Origin: Lingula anatina
Taxonomy: Eukaryota > Animalia > Brachiopoda
Reading direction: 5' to 3'
DNA: 64,000 bases
NCBI GenBank assembly: GCA_051362555.1
Contig: CM120641.1
Span: 9,610,001 to 9,674,000, forward strand
A program made the translations under genes and the position numbers. The notes beneath the pieces are model-generated. The model was not told the origin of the DNA. It searched no databases and was given only the letters and a program-made list of their open reading frames with translations. This document shows, piece by piece, positions 49,051-63,100 of this stretch; position 1 is the first letter of the stretch, and the number at the start of each line of letters is the position of its first letter.

Positions 49051-52000
49051 TGTATGCATACACAAACAGGTTTAAACTTCACATCTAATATTTTAAACAA
49101 ATAAAGCTTTTGGGATTGCAATTTTTCTCTTCCACACAAAGTAACAAAAGTAGACATTCATTTTACAGCCTTCTATAAATTTCTGTTGATAGATGTTCAT
49201 TGTTCTGAACACAACATCATCTCCAATTCCTCAGAGAGTGAAGTCAAAGTAATATGAAATAAGGTAACATGTTAAATTGAGATAACTGTGAAAGTAATTA
49301 AAAAGAGAACTGCATCTGTGCACTATACTGTATTCACACACATGCAGCACTAAGGATTCACTTGTCAATGAGCACATTTCTTTATTTTCATGTTCTAATA
49401 TGAAAAAAACTAACATTTCCAAGAAACACATGTTGACCAAAGAGGAAAAAACAATTCATTGGTTAATTTTTTTTATCGGAGAGTGGAATCTGTCTAAACT
49501 TTACTTTCTATATTTTCAATACCATACACCCTGGTCCTCATTTCCCAAAAGAACCTCAGTTCAAAATGGTGTCATTGTACAATAAAGACCAAAAATCTTG
49601 GTCTCCTTTGAGAAACTAGGTGGTGGTCTACAAATATTTTAGACAAAAGATTACTGTTAGGGGACTTTTAAAACATTAACCTTGATCAACTGTAACTTAA
49701 GTCGTATGTTAAGAATGACTATTAACTTAAGTTCTTTTGGATAATGAGGCCCAGGTATGGTACATAGCCATCACCCACATGCAACACACTACAGATTATA
49801 AGTCACAGTAAAGGGAACAATTACCAGAGGTGTAGGAACCAAGATAAAGGTTGTTGACACGGAGAAGAGTAGCAGCACCAACAAGTTTGCCTGAAAATAG
49901 ACACAGGGAACTCCAATAACATCAATGCATATATCCTCCTGGGAAGTCCAGGAACACTCATTCTTCTTCGTTGTAGTTGTGCAGCAATGCAAATCCAGTT
50001 CACAACATTTAATTATGCAAGGCAATTACTGAACAGCTCATGTTATAGGGAAATTATTTACTCACAGAGACAAGTTGTCGAGGGGAGACATCAAAACAAC
50101 ATAAATCATTACCAGATTATATATATATATATATCAAATATAACTGCAATGCATTAAATATTCAGATTTCCTAAAATCCTCTACCATTACAAGCTGCTAT
50201 TCTACCAATCAAATATATATAGTGTGGCATTCTCTTAGGACATGGAATCAATCATTACATGGAAAAAATTACATACAAAGCAAAATTCTTCATGCATGTA
50301 TGCTAAATGTAACTGCTTCTTCCTATTTCTTTAATTGGTTTTGGTCAAGTAGGTGCATATACATAAAACATATTCCCTTTGTACCAAAAGTGATTTTCTT
50401 TTATGAAAATTATCAAGAGGATCAAACACTTAATAAAGCAAAGCACCTGGAAGCCTTCTACTTCATTTGAAGTTTTCTGTGTTATTCAAAATGTGGCATA
50501 ATTTGAGGGCATTGCAAATTCCTTCTATTCAATACAAAATATATAGATGAGACAAATAAGTAAAAAAAAGTGAAATGATATAATCAAGAAATATTCTGTT
50601 AAATGAATACAGGGTACTGTAAGAGTTTAGTATCACCCAGATACAAAAAATAAGGTTTTTCATACATCTAATTATTCAATATTTGCAGCTACATTTGTGC
50701 TGATAAAAAACAATAAAAATTCCTAATGCTTAGCGTAAGCATAGGCACCCCAAAGTGTTTTTCATCAATTTTATACCTCTCTATTTTGAGGTAAGATAGC
50801 AGTCGGTACATAACTCCTGAACAAAATTTTATCACCAAAATTGGCATGGGTGATGATAAATAAAGCAGAAATTTGAGAAACCAATTTTGTATTTCTTACA
50901 CCCAAATTGCAATTACAAATTGCATCATTGGAAAGATAACCTTTGTGAAAATGCTAATGAATTTAGTCATGATCACGGAAGATTTATATATAACCCCAAA
51001 AAAATGTATGTAAGGCAGTAAATAAGGAGTTTTTGTCTCACCCTGACAGTACCCTTAAAGAAATCATTTTTTATGAAAGAAAAATGATGTAAAATTGTAT
51101 TTAGAAATACTTTATTTCACAGCATATATTAAGATTAATAATATAACTTTAATTCATAATACTCTACCATTCTCAACGATGTCCCTATCCACCCTTAACT
51201 GTATGTTCGTAAGTCTCCTTCTAATGTGCACTGTGTGCCACTGGTCGTCACTCAGACCACTGCCAACATACAACGTCTGAAATAAACAGCAAAAAGAAAA
51301 ATAATCACTGAACCCAATAACGTACAACTAAAAAAACCCTACAAAGATATATATATAATACATCCAAGTCTGTACTACACATCATTTCAGCTAAGTCATT
51401 TTAATGGGTTTTTTAAAGAATTCCCATGATAAATATTGCAGTGACTGAAAGAGTGAATTATGTCTTGCAACATGCTGAATTGGATTGGAAGAGTGAAGAA
51501 ATCATCTTTTTAAGTGTTGGGAAGATCCTACTGAGAGTTTGGTTGTGTGTAATAGGCTGAAGGCATAGAAAGTCACAAAATATCGATGCCACCACATACC
51601 TTGCTCCGCACATGATTTTTACTTAAAAGCATTGTAGAAAATGCCACATTTAATCTTAAAATAATAATGATAAAAGTAATCAATGCATAACAAAAAAAAA
51701 AAAAAAAAATTCAAATATCCCCCACAGTATCTGCTTAACAGACCCCACTGCCAAATAACATTTCAGAACAAAGAGAAGCTTCTAAGAAGATGCTTACTGT
51801 GCTTCCGCTTCCAAGGTTGACATCCAGCCGTGCACGCCCACCTTCTAACGTCAGCACCATTTTATCAGAAGTCTTTTGTGACAATGTGGCAAACAGCAGG
51901 CCACCCTGGCGTCTTGTCTTAAAGCGGAGAGATATGTCCTCTGCTTCTGCCCGAGACTCCTGTGGTAACGAGATTTTAACATACTGTTCCCCATTAAAAC

Positions 52001-55000
52001 TCAGTGTGGTGGCCGCTAAAACAAAACCAAATGTTTCTATGAAACAGTGCAGTGTAAAAAGCTTGCTGCGTTTCTGCATTGCCAGAGAAATTTGGTATGA
52101 TTTTTACCAAGTCTGAATCCAAAATGTGCAAGGACTGCTGCTGCAAAACCATACATGACAAACAGACTTCTGGCAAACTACCACAGAAACACTTTCCAAT
52201 ATACTTTAATGTTACCATTAAATTGATCTCATCATACTCCTATTGGCAAAATTCAGGAACATTTAACCAATCAGGAGGAACCTTTGGCAGGCTGCGACTA
52301 AGTGAATGTCATATACCCCGGTAATTGCCTCTGAGAATCCATCATGCTTTCAATAATTCAAGGAACCTGCAACTGTGTCAGACAACTTTTTGTGTATTTT
52401 TACACAGAGCAATGGGAAAAGAGACAGAGAATTTATACTTATAGGACCATAAAAATACATCAGATTTATGGGGAAAAGAAAATAACAAAGTGGCTGATTT
52501 ATTATGGATGGTAGTTCTTTAAAAAAAAGCCATTCAAGTTCAACAATAAGACTTCAAACAAACAAAATAAACAAATAAATAAATGAATGAATAAATAAAG
52601 AAAAGCATTCACCTGCAGCTCTTTTAGGTTGAGGATATACAGCTAAACAATGTGTACTGGCCACAATTTACTTTCCAGGCAAAAAAAATTAGCATTGCAG
52701 CATTTCAAATAAGACCAAGTCCTTGATTGCCTTAGATACTGAGCTATTATAAAAGTCTTGTACAAAACATCTGCTCTTACTTTTTACACGATGATAAACA
52801 TTTCATATATGATAAAGTAGGTATAAAAAAAAGAGCACAATGCCACGCCATGTAGTAAAACAGGAACACATCCTTACCAATATATTTCAAACAATGTCAC
52901 CTGAGAATTGTATACTTAAACATTTATAACCCCTGCTGCAGTACAAACAAAGGAAATCCCTAGAACATCAATAGGCTGTATACATCCACATTACTCATAT
53001 TAACAAGTTTAATCTATTACACAAGTTTTGTGGATCACTTTGTTGTGCATACATTTCCCTAAACTCACATAATAAAATTTGTCCTTTTCAATAAATAACC
53101 AAATTTCAGGATGTTTGCAACTTTTGCCAGGGTTAAAAAACTGCATTCAGGTTTCAAGCTATTTTAACAAAAACCAATGACCTACATTACTGAATCTCTG
53201 ATATCATACCTTCATTGCAAGATGGTCCAAAATATCCTGTAGCAGAGCAGTCACACAGGAACCTGTTCCAGCCCTCTGTGCATATTCCATCATGAAGACA
53301 AGGACGAGCAGTGCACTGGTGGCGCGTTGGGTGACACTCCTGGGTCATGCCATGGATTTCTTGCTCTTCGGCAAATTTTGACAGATCTTTCACTTTTCCA
53401 TCTATAAACACATCTTGCATGCACCCTACGTAGCCATACCCTAGGCTGCCAACCCACATTTCTCTTGGTAGCTGACTCCCTTCAGCAGCAGCTCCGATAT
53501 ACAGGGTGCCATCCAGATCGAGCTGTTCACTGTTTCCTTTAGTTGTATACTCTACCTCTACCCCATCGACACTCACTTTGCCTTGTTTTCCATTGTATGT
53601 TACCATGACTTTGTGTGGCAAACCATCGGTAACCATCAGGGTGGAAGCCTGAATCTTTATTGCTCCAGAACCAAGGTCAAGGACAAGATACAGATACCCT
53701 TCCAGCAGCTCTAATCCAAAGAAATCGGAGCTTCCTTGCACACTCCCACTGTACATCAGCAGCCCATTTCTTTCATTAGTTTGAAACTGGAAAGTGATGA
53801 CACCAGACTTTTGTGCAAGAGCGTACGGGACTTTCACCATGGATTCTGGGGTGGCAAATGTCACTGGGGTGGAGTGGACCAGGTTTTCACACTTGTCGAA
53901 GAGAACATCCCCCTTGATGTTGATAAGATCGTGTTTTGTCCGTGCCAGTTCTGTGATATCTAAGCTGATGCTGTCAGCTTTGTACGTAACCTGAAATATC
54001 AAATAATATTTCTTGTATAATCCATAATTAATTATTTAAAAAAAGATTCTAGAAAAGAAGCAATATATTTGCAATATCTAAAGATCTATGTTTGTTGCAT
54101 GTAATATGCTGAAAATAATATCAAAAGCAGTAATCGTAAATTTCATATACCATGTCAAAAATATCTGGAGGCTTGTGTGATTTGCGTCAGCAATTACATT
54201 TAGTTCAGCAAGCTGGAAACCAACAGCATTTTCACATTTATAGAAGTCACCATCTGCATTTTGTAAATAAACAACACCCCAATCTTTCTACTGTTTTCTG
54301 TTACAAGACATTTAAAAAGGGTGTCCATTTTGGATTTCTGGATCTTTTTTCAAGAACTCTTTTCAAGCCCAAGTGTGAAGTAAAGGTACAATGAACACTC
54401 TACTTCTATGCTTTTGCCAAGTTTTCCTGCTACCTAACCCTCTGCTCTATGCTTGATTTACCACCATCAAAGTGAAGTTATAATTCAAGTGTCAGTGAAG
54501 CCCTAAAAGTTGGGACTGGAAATTAAGATGCTTTAACATTTACGTAAGACCAAGATATACTAGCAGACAGAGTGTAAGTGGTTTATGAACTTTCAGTTGA
54601 CATATCCATTTTGATCTGACCTGTTCCCTTAAAAGGTCACTTAATCGGTTCCTAATTGCTACCTTGCAACACTCATTTTGTTAAGTGGAATCTAAAATTC
54701 ACTGACATATAAATTTGAGGCTGTATGTTTGACTAAGTAATTGAGAAAATGTAGCTTAAAAATGCACTCTTAAGCCAAGTTATAGATGCTCGGTCTTATA
54801 CTGCAACACACATGCCTTATCCCAAGTTGGCTATTGGTGTATAACAGTGTGGATTAAACTTCTCTCGATCAATAACTGACACAACAAAATACAAACACTT
54901 TTTCTTTCAAGGGACAACCAGTGTAAATTTAAGTTCAAAAGATGGGAGGTAATTCTATCTCTGTAATACAACACCTGCAGTATTCCTTCAAAAGAGCAAT

Positions 55001-58000
55001 AAAATCCAAGAGAAAAGGATCAATTTAGCACACAGCCATGTAAAGATGTATCACACCTAAAGCATTCCTTTGTGGCTGCAATTCAAGCGACCAATATTAT
55101 ACTCTCACCAATAATCATTCTTGCAGTTGCAACTGAAATACTTAAGTTACCTAAAAAATGAAAAAGAGCACAACTTCTAAATCCTTTTCACCCCAGGGTC
55201 ACAAATGTGGTGCCCTCTGCTTTATACCAATCAAAATGTCACTGCCAATTAATAGCAGGCAGTAAACATGGTTAGGGCAGTATAGCTAAAAACCTCACTT
55301 TGCTGACAGATATTTTTCTCTTTTCTTTTTACAAGCTATAAAACATAAGAAGCCATTCGATAAAAATGCAATAAATCACAGGGCATTTTTGTTGTTGACT
55401 TAATGTCTAAATTTCATAAAATTTGGGTAAAAATTTAAGAAAAGTAATGTAAAACAAACAATCTACATTATTTCCCAAATAGGTTTCATAAGAACAGTAC
55501 ATCATAAATTTAAGGTCAGTGTCAAAGTATTCTTGAAACTCAAAATAAAGTATGAAAAGAAAAAGAAGAATAATTACACCTTATAGCTTGGCAGTCACAG
55601 TAACACCATATGGTCTCTAACGATCAATATTACAGAACAGCCTGAAGCTAAGAGCACTTCATGCATTACTACATCCTTGCCAATTTCTATTCAGATTCTT
55701 ATGGTAAGATTACATTTTCTTTTCTTTTTTCATCTTCTTTTCCTTCTTTGATCTTTCACTTACTTCTTTCCAAACTTTGGAAAACCTTTTTTTCCATACA
55801 AAAGCTGCTCTCACCATATTAATTCCAAATGTTCAATCAAAAATGACATTTGCACCCCCTCTCCTTCATTGCCACACTCCCTCAAATCATTCTCAGCCAC
55901 TGTGTGTGCAATGAACATCTCAGACCCAAGTCTGGTAGCTTTAAACCAGTGTAGAATGACCATAAGAGCATTCTGTGACTCAACTGTGTCACACATGCCC
56001 AAAAGTACAGTACATGTGGTAACTTCCTGTGTGCCCAAAAGCATCCAAGCCAACCTAAAACACAAACAATCTTTTTCTTTTTTGAAAATTGTACTATTTG
56101 TCTTTATACTACACTGTATGTTTCCAGACATGCAACAGAATGCAGATTTTTTGCCCAGTAATTTGAACTTGGTTTGTTTACTAAGAGGTGAAAATGAAAA
56201 GTGCCCAGCAATAAAAATGTTCCGCTTTCATCATTTACTATTATCCACCCTCCCCCCCCCCTCCCAAAAAAAAAAAAATTAAGACATCAGTTTTATACTT
56301 GTGTCTGAATTTATCTTTATACCAATGCCTTCAATGTGATTACTCCACAGGAAAAAAGACTTAAAAAATTGTATACAGTCAAAAAAATTAAACCAACAGA
56401 ATTACAGCTGATAAGAAACATGAAATCGTGTGCTTCACATCCCAATCTCTTTCTTTTCTTACTCAAGAATAAACATGCCTGTTGTAACCCTCCCTAATAC
56501 AGTGGTCTCCTTGGTATTAATCTTTTTAAGTATTCATTTCCACTTCTCCTGGGACTGATTTACCAGAGGAAAGCACCTTCAATTTGTTTTCTGAATTTTG
56601 CATGTGTGATAACTGACACTGCAACCCCTAAATTTAAAGCAACATATCATGCTATTTTTCCATAAAAGTTTCCAATAAGTATCCAATTATTTCCACATGC
56701 AATATAAATGTAAGACTATAAACACCTTTGCCAATATTATCCTCTACAAAACTTCCATACACTCAATCATTTCCCACATACATGTACCTGATGCAAAATC
56801 AGATTTCAATCAGTCTTAAGTTGGCTGAATGTTCAAAATATGTAAGATTCCTAATGATATCTTTAGAAATTGATAAATATATAGGCACCATGTGTTTGAT
56901 ATAATTATTAGAGATTTTAGGTGTATCTGGGAATGACTCAGCATGGATACAAATCAACCATTGTTACCAGTTACTTAATATAAATCAAATCTGATCACAC
57001 AATCTTTCAATTATTATTTTGTTTTGATTCACAATCTTGTAGATGACATAATAACAAGATATAATATATATTTCAGTTCTAGGATTTTCTTTGTGCCCAT
57101 AACAGCTATCAATATCATCCCGACAGCATTTTGTACATTAATATATTATAAGTGAAGAATATATGTATAGGACAGTGAAAATGTATCTTAAATACACGCA
57201 AGTCATTTTTTTCTTTTCTCTGTCAATGAAAATAAATACCTTTTTCAGACATCCTCTGAAGTTGCTATTGACCTTGCCCTGAGTGAGTTTGAAGGTATTG
57301 GCACTGCCGCCGACATACAGGACATTACTGGACAACATGGAAAACACCCCTGTGGTAGCGCCCGTCTGCTGGAGGAGACCATCTACCAAGATTGCAATCT
57401 GCAAGGCAGGGAAAGAAATGTTACAGTAGATATATATACAATCAAATATCATTGTCAATTTTCTGGTCATGTTGGTTCATCAAAATCACAATTCTTTTAA
57501 CTCTGGTTTGTGCTGAAACCAGGTATGTACATTTGTTATGAAACTTTTTATGTTGTATAGTTTTAATTTGTGAAATATGAAATATGAGATATAAATAAAG
57601 ATATCATTTCATCTGTCTTTCAACCATACATCCATACATTCGTTTTCACATGTATCAGTCTAAGTCAATCTTCTACATTAACAGAAAGGACCAAAAACTT
57701 AAAAATAGCCATCTAAGTTTCAAAAACCAGATCTTATTCAACTCAGATAAGCTTCAACAAAAAATCCCCACTCCATTTCAGCTGAGCACACATTTTTCTT
57801 CTGTGATGGGTTTTCATTATCTGCCGAAGATTGATTGTGCGTGTCTGTGTAACTTTTATTAATTTCCTTACATGACACAGCTCTATTAAACAGAAACTGG
57901 CACATGTTGTGTCTTTTCTTCTATCTGGTGAAATATTCCAAAATAGCAACAATAGATTACTTCAACAAAATTTGGATCCTCTTTTGGTTGCTGACAGGAT

Positions 58001-60082
58001 AGACAGCAATTATGCCACAAACTGTTCTTAATTACCATCTGTATTTTCACAATCCTAATTCATACATTTCAAATCTCAGTTCACTCTATTTATCTCTTTC
58101 CTCCTGCCTGCATGATGAGGATAATCTCCCTTTTTCCATTAATGCTACCATACAATGCATAGCAAATGGCCCAGAACTATTTTTAATTGCTGAAAATCAA
58201 TGATTGTGATTTGAAATTATGACGATAACAGCTTCTTTCACCAACATTGTTGTTCAGGGTCTCGTCATTTATTCCTGCTATTCAAACAGAGGGAGGCTGT
58301 CATAACCATAAACACAAAGGAAAACATCGACTGCAATGGCAATATGTATCAGCAGTATATTTTTCTGAATCCATTCACTTTCTCATATTTCCATAGATGA
58401 AAGCAGTTATTGTTAACTGGGAGAATTTATAGGAAATGGAAAAGCTAGCTTTATTCATATTTAGTTTGCCAAGTTTGAGTACGCTTTGGATGTCTACAAT
58501 ATCTGGAAAATAATGACAGTATAGAACAAACAAAGGATTGATCAAATATACCTGATGACTAACCTTAAAAATGATTTAGTTTATTATCTGATAAAAAAAA
58601 AGGTTGAGAATGATGCTGAATTTGTTTGATCTTTACTTATGAAATTAAGAAATAAACAGGCGAAATATTAAAGTGAAATTTCTGTTTCCTATAATTCTAT
58701 GAGCAAAAGACATAACAGCAAATTTGATCTCTTAACATTTCTACATTAATTGAAATTCTAAATGATATCATTTTTGTAACAAAACTGTAATTTTACATTA
58801 AGTTTCAGTATTTTCTAAAAACAATCTATTCAAGATGTAACATCTCAGTGTAGAGCTTGAACGCCTACTTTACAGAAATGGGTTTGTAGTGCAAGTGGGA
58901 TCACATATAGATTAATAATCTGACATCTGTGGGTTCACATAGGGAGACTGGAACACATGAATGGAAGATTGACAAAATTTCTACAAACACGAGAATGAGG
59001 ACAAGAATGTACATAGGACAAGGATGGGAGACAGGATATATTAGGTTGACACATTTCTGAGTTTCTGTACATACTTACTGTATATTGCTTGTCAAAAAGC
59101 ATAAAAAAGGTCAATCCTGAAGCCATTCTTAGACTAGAGTTTGTCAACACCAAAATGATAACTCACCACACATCAATGATAAATTGTGCAGCTATAGATT
59201 TGCCTATATCTTTTTTAACCAAAATAAAAAATGGATCATTTGGAAAGAATTCTGTACTGTGCTTATTTTTCTGTTCTCATTACAAGTAAAAAAATTGAAA
59301 TTAAAAAATTTAAACATTTTTGGATAAAACTTTTTTGCCTCCATGCATCCAAATGTTTGTAAAATTTGTTTCCAAACTTTGTTTCCAAAAAGTGTTCAAG
59401 TGTATACAGTATTCAGTGTTTTAACTTAATGAAAAAATATGTTATGTTTTACTGAAAAAAATAAAGCCTCATCCCAGTGTTTGCCATACTGTTCAATGTG
59501 TACGACATTACAGTTGTCTTAGCAACCATGTAGCACTAGGAAATCAAAGTTACTAGGGGTCGTTACTGGAGCAACAGCCAACGGCATCCAATGCCGAGTA
59601 TGTCTTTCACATATACACACAGTTGTTACGCATCTTTCCATCTAACAACACTTGTACTTCAATATTAGTAAAACACAAATCTATAGTTAATGTACTGCCA
59701 AATCAATGGGATCACAGCACATGCATCTGTCACTATCTCACACAAACAGACAACAGAATATATATCAATATACATGTAATGGTTCAAAACTAAGCATCTC
59801 TGGAACCTGACTGTCAGTATATCATATCTTATTCAAATCTTAGGAATTCCAAATAAATTTTTTTTTCATTTTTTGGAAAATGTCATAACTGATTAAATTA
59901 TCAGCTTTCTGTACTATTTTTGTGAGTGGACATGTGTAATATATATGTTTTTCAAGGAACAATATTTAGAATATGCACCTGTTTTTCCAAGGCTTTTAAA
60001 ACATCAGTTTATTTCTGATGAGAAATATAAAAACACAGTACATGTTTATTCTTTTGAAATAATACTTAAAACAACTATAGAT

Positions 60083-60115
<33 letters not shown>

Positions 60116-63100
60116 GCAGCCAAGATTCCTGAGATACTTAATTAGCCTTTTTTCACTTCACATAATGCACCAACAAAAAAAATCACTTTGGTTTTGGGTA
60201 TGATAAATGCACAACAGACATAAAGTAAAATCAAGTGGGAAAGATGCAACTGAAGTCACCGAAGTGAACAATTTGCTTTTTTTTTACTTACGTCTGCGAT
60301 GGCAAAATTCCGAGCCAGCTATTGATGCAAGTGGATTAGTTAGCAAGAAGAGTTATCAAGCAAACCAACAGAAGAGTTGAGGGGAAAGTGTCATTACCAT
60401 GGGGATAGGAGCATTATCTAAATTGTTAACCAGACTCTATAAAGTACAGATTTTAACTTTGACAATGGCAGTGATACCCAAGTGTAATGCTGCACTAATT
60501 TCTATAAAGAAGCACGTAAAGTTTAGGGATTTGACATTTCAAATACTTTCAAAATTCCAATGTAAATATCCAATTGCAAAACAGTTGATGGGATCTTTCT
60601 CACTGCCTTGATTTGCACACTTATTTAAAAAAAAATGTTTCTGTTGAAATCCATGAGGCAAAAATTTGGAAATGAAGATGGAAAAGGGAGTGAGAGATCC
60701 CTGGGTGGGTGTCTCCATCTGGGTGTCACATGACAAGACAAGTGGTGACCCCAACCTAGACCTGTTTTTTATGATCTGAAATAGTCTCCAACACAGAGAT
60801 GCAGGAACAATATGTTGAACACAGCATGAAACAGAGACAGATACATGGAGAGCTGCCAGCATCCATCTATCAACTTGCAGATGGGCATTCTTTTCAAGTC
60901 AAGTACAGAAGATGAGATATATAATAACTTCCGTTTTTTTTTTTCTCTATAGCCCTCATTCAACCTGTATGTCCTTGTTATAGAGGAAAAAAATTTAAAT
61001 TATTCTAAAATTTAAAAAAAAGCCCCATGGAAAGGAAATGTTTTTCACTGTCTCCAAAACAACAGCTGGAAATACTCTCCCTGAAGCGGACACAATAGTT
61101 TGTAGAGGCAACATCAGATTAAATGTGCTTTTCAGATGAGCACTTGGCTGTTGTATTCTTCCAATCATGGCTACTACAGACTTAAATTTAACCAATATAT
61201 ATCTGCACGTCCACTATACTGGGTAACAACAACTGGACATGGGCATCAAAATTTCAACATGGCGCCAATATTGTACGCACCCTTTCTGATATAATGTATC
61301 GTGTTTTGCTTTATATTTATAAAGTTTGGAAAATGTAACATTAAAAACATAAAATTATCAGGGAAGAGTACATTTAACTTCACAGAGTAAGGAAAGCATG
61401 CTGCAATCCCGAATCAGCAGTTAAACAGCGATGACATGAAATTGTCTCTTGTGAGTTACATGCCAAAAAAAGTGGGAACCAGATATATAGCTAATTTAGT
61501 TAGTCTCATTTGATATTCATGAAACCGAGACATTACGTTATCAATGGAAATTTTCACTATGTACGCTATGTCCAAATCTAAATGGGGAAACTACACGCTA
61601 GCTGTGGTTTCGCTGTCGTGTGTGTCTGAGGGAAATGAAACAGGATTGGGTCGCAACATCTGTGATTACACACTCAGATGACAGGATTTTCTTACTTAAG
61701 TTGCATGTTGTTTTATGAAAAGCAGAGTATATTTCAGGTATTTAAATCCCCAAATTGAACAATTTGTATAGTTCACGTGTATGCCAGATAACACTTTGTA
61801 CTGGAGTTGAAAACAGAAATGATGGTAACGCACAATAACCCATTTTCTTCACCCATCAAAATTTGTAAGGAAGAACAATTTTTGTATTTCTCTAATGTGT
61901 CTGCCATAAATGATCCCTGAGATGACCAAAAAACATGATATTACTATTCTGAGAACTTACTTTTCTATCATGTACCACTGCACAACAGACTGTTATATCT
62001 GTGTCTCAGATTTAATTGCTGTTTGAGTGTCATTTTTTGGTTAAGAAATAAAAAGTTTAAACTACACAGCAATGTTTGGAAACACAGAATTGTTTTTTAC
62101 AATAAGACAAATTCATCCCCATTCACACGAAAGCACCCCCATTGTAATCCAACACATACAAATACGGTATTTTGACAGACTTTCAAAGATGATAACCCAT
62201 TGTTGTTACCCAGTATTGTGTTTGTGCATATATACAATCAATTTTGAGGCAGCAATAAAAAACGCATTCCATTTTGAGAAAAATACTTGAAAGCTGTTGA
62301 AAATGATTTTTTTAAACCAAAAGCTGCCAATTAAAAGGGAGTTCAAAATATGAGATGCACTTATCTAAATTAGTTTTGACACTGTGAATGTCATTACTAC
62401 AGGAAAGCCTCCATATACTTTTTTCTCTTAACTTATTAATTAGTTTTACAAAATGCCACCTTGGAGGATGAAAACTAATATGGAAACCCAAATCATGAGG
62501 AAGTCAAAACAAATATCCTTTCCCATCTAAAAAAATACAGAAAGGGCATTTTGAACAATGCCCCAGACACAACATAAAAGCATTAGGTTTACTTTGTAAT
62601 TGTCAGTTTGCAAATCTGAATAACCCCTCCAGCAGAATATCAAATTCAAAATGTCATTAATTTTTATTTGACTGTCAGCAGGAAAAAAGTAAAATCTGTC
62701 TTGATTCTCTTGGCAGTTTGCCTGACCGCAGAGAGCAGTGGGATGACAGTTAGTTTTAAGGTGTGGCAACTAGAAGACAAAACAATTAACTGTACAATAA
62801 ATTAAGGATAAATGGGATGTTTTGACCCTGATAAAAAGGGAGGTTTCAGACTGATAATATGTCCATTAGAATAAGAATTGCAAAATGTGCATTGACCACT
62901 AGAAAATGAGAACAGTGCAACCATCGAAAATGAGAACAGTGCAGTGTTAAAATGTGAACGTAGTGTGCATACTGGCATGCACGTAAACATGAGATGTAGC
63001 CTGCACACATGCACTTAGTAACTCCAGAAGTCTATCAGAATTCATTTCAGTTTAATTCATTACTATTCAAAATCAGTTAAATGGTGGAGCAAATGGAATG

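Noticed and set aside
49657-49754. Possible small MITE (ggggac...gaggccc with aacttaag repeats)
   Set aside because: Terminal repeats too degenerate to call without a second copy.
51042-51053. 12-nt candidate microexon (aag|GGTACTGTCAGG|gtgaga)
   Set aside because: Frame-compatible, but it would insert an unpaired Cys mid-LNS4, has a weak acceptor and lacks UGC support. Plausibly chance.
55811-56282. Overlapping 106-aa and 137-aa ORFs, and a possible 239-nt exon, in a neurexin intron
   Set aside because: No recognisable motifs, not frame-preserving, and stops early in the neurexin frame.
60085-60115. Long poly-G runs (also ~29602-29618, ~33071-33081) as G-quadruplex elements
   Set aside because: Simple homopolymers of unreliable length with no positional pattern.
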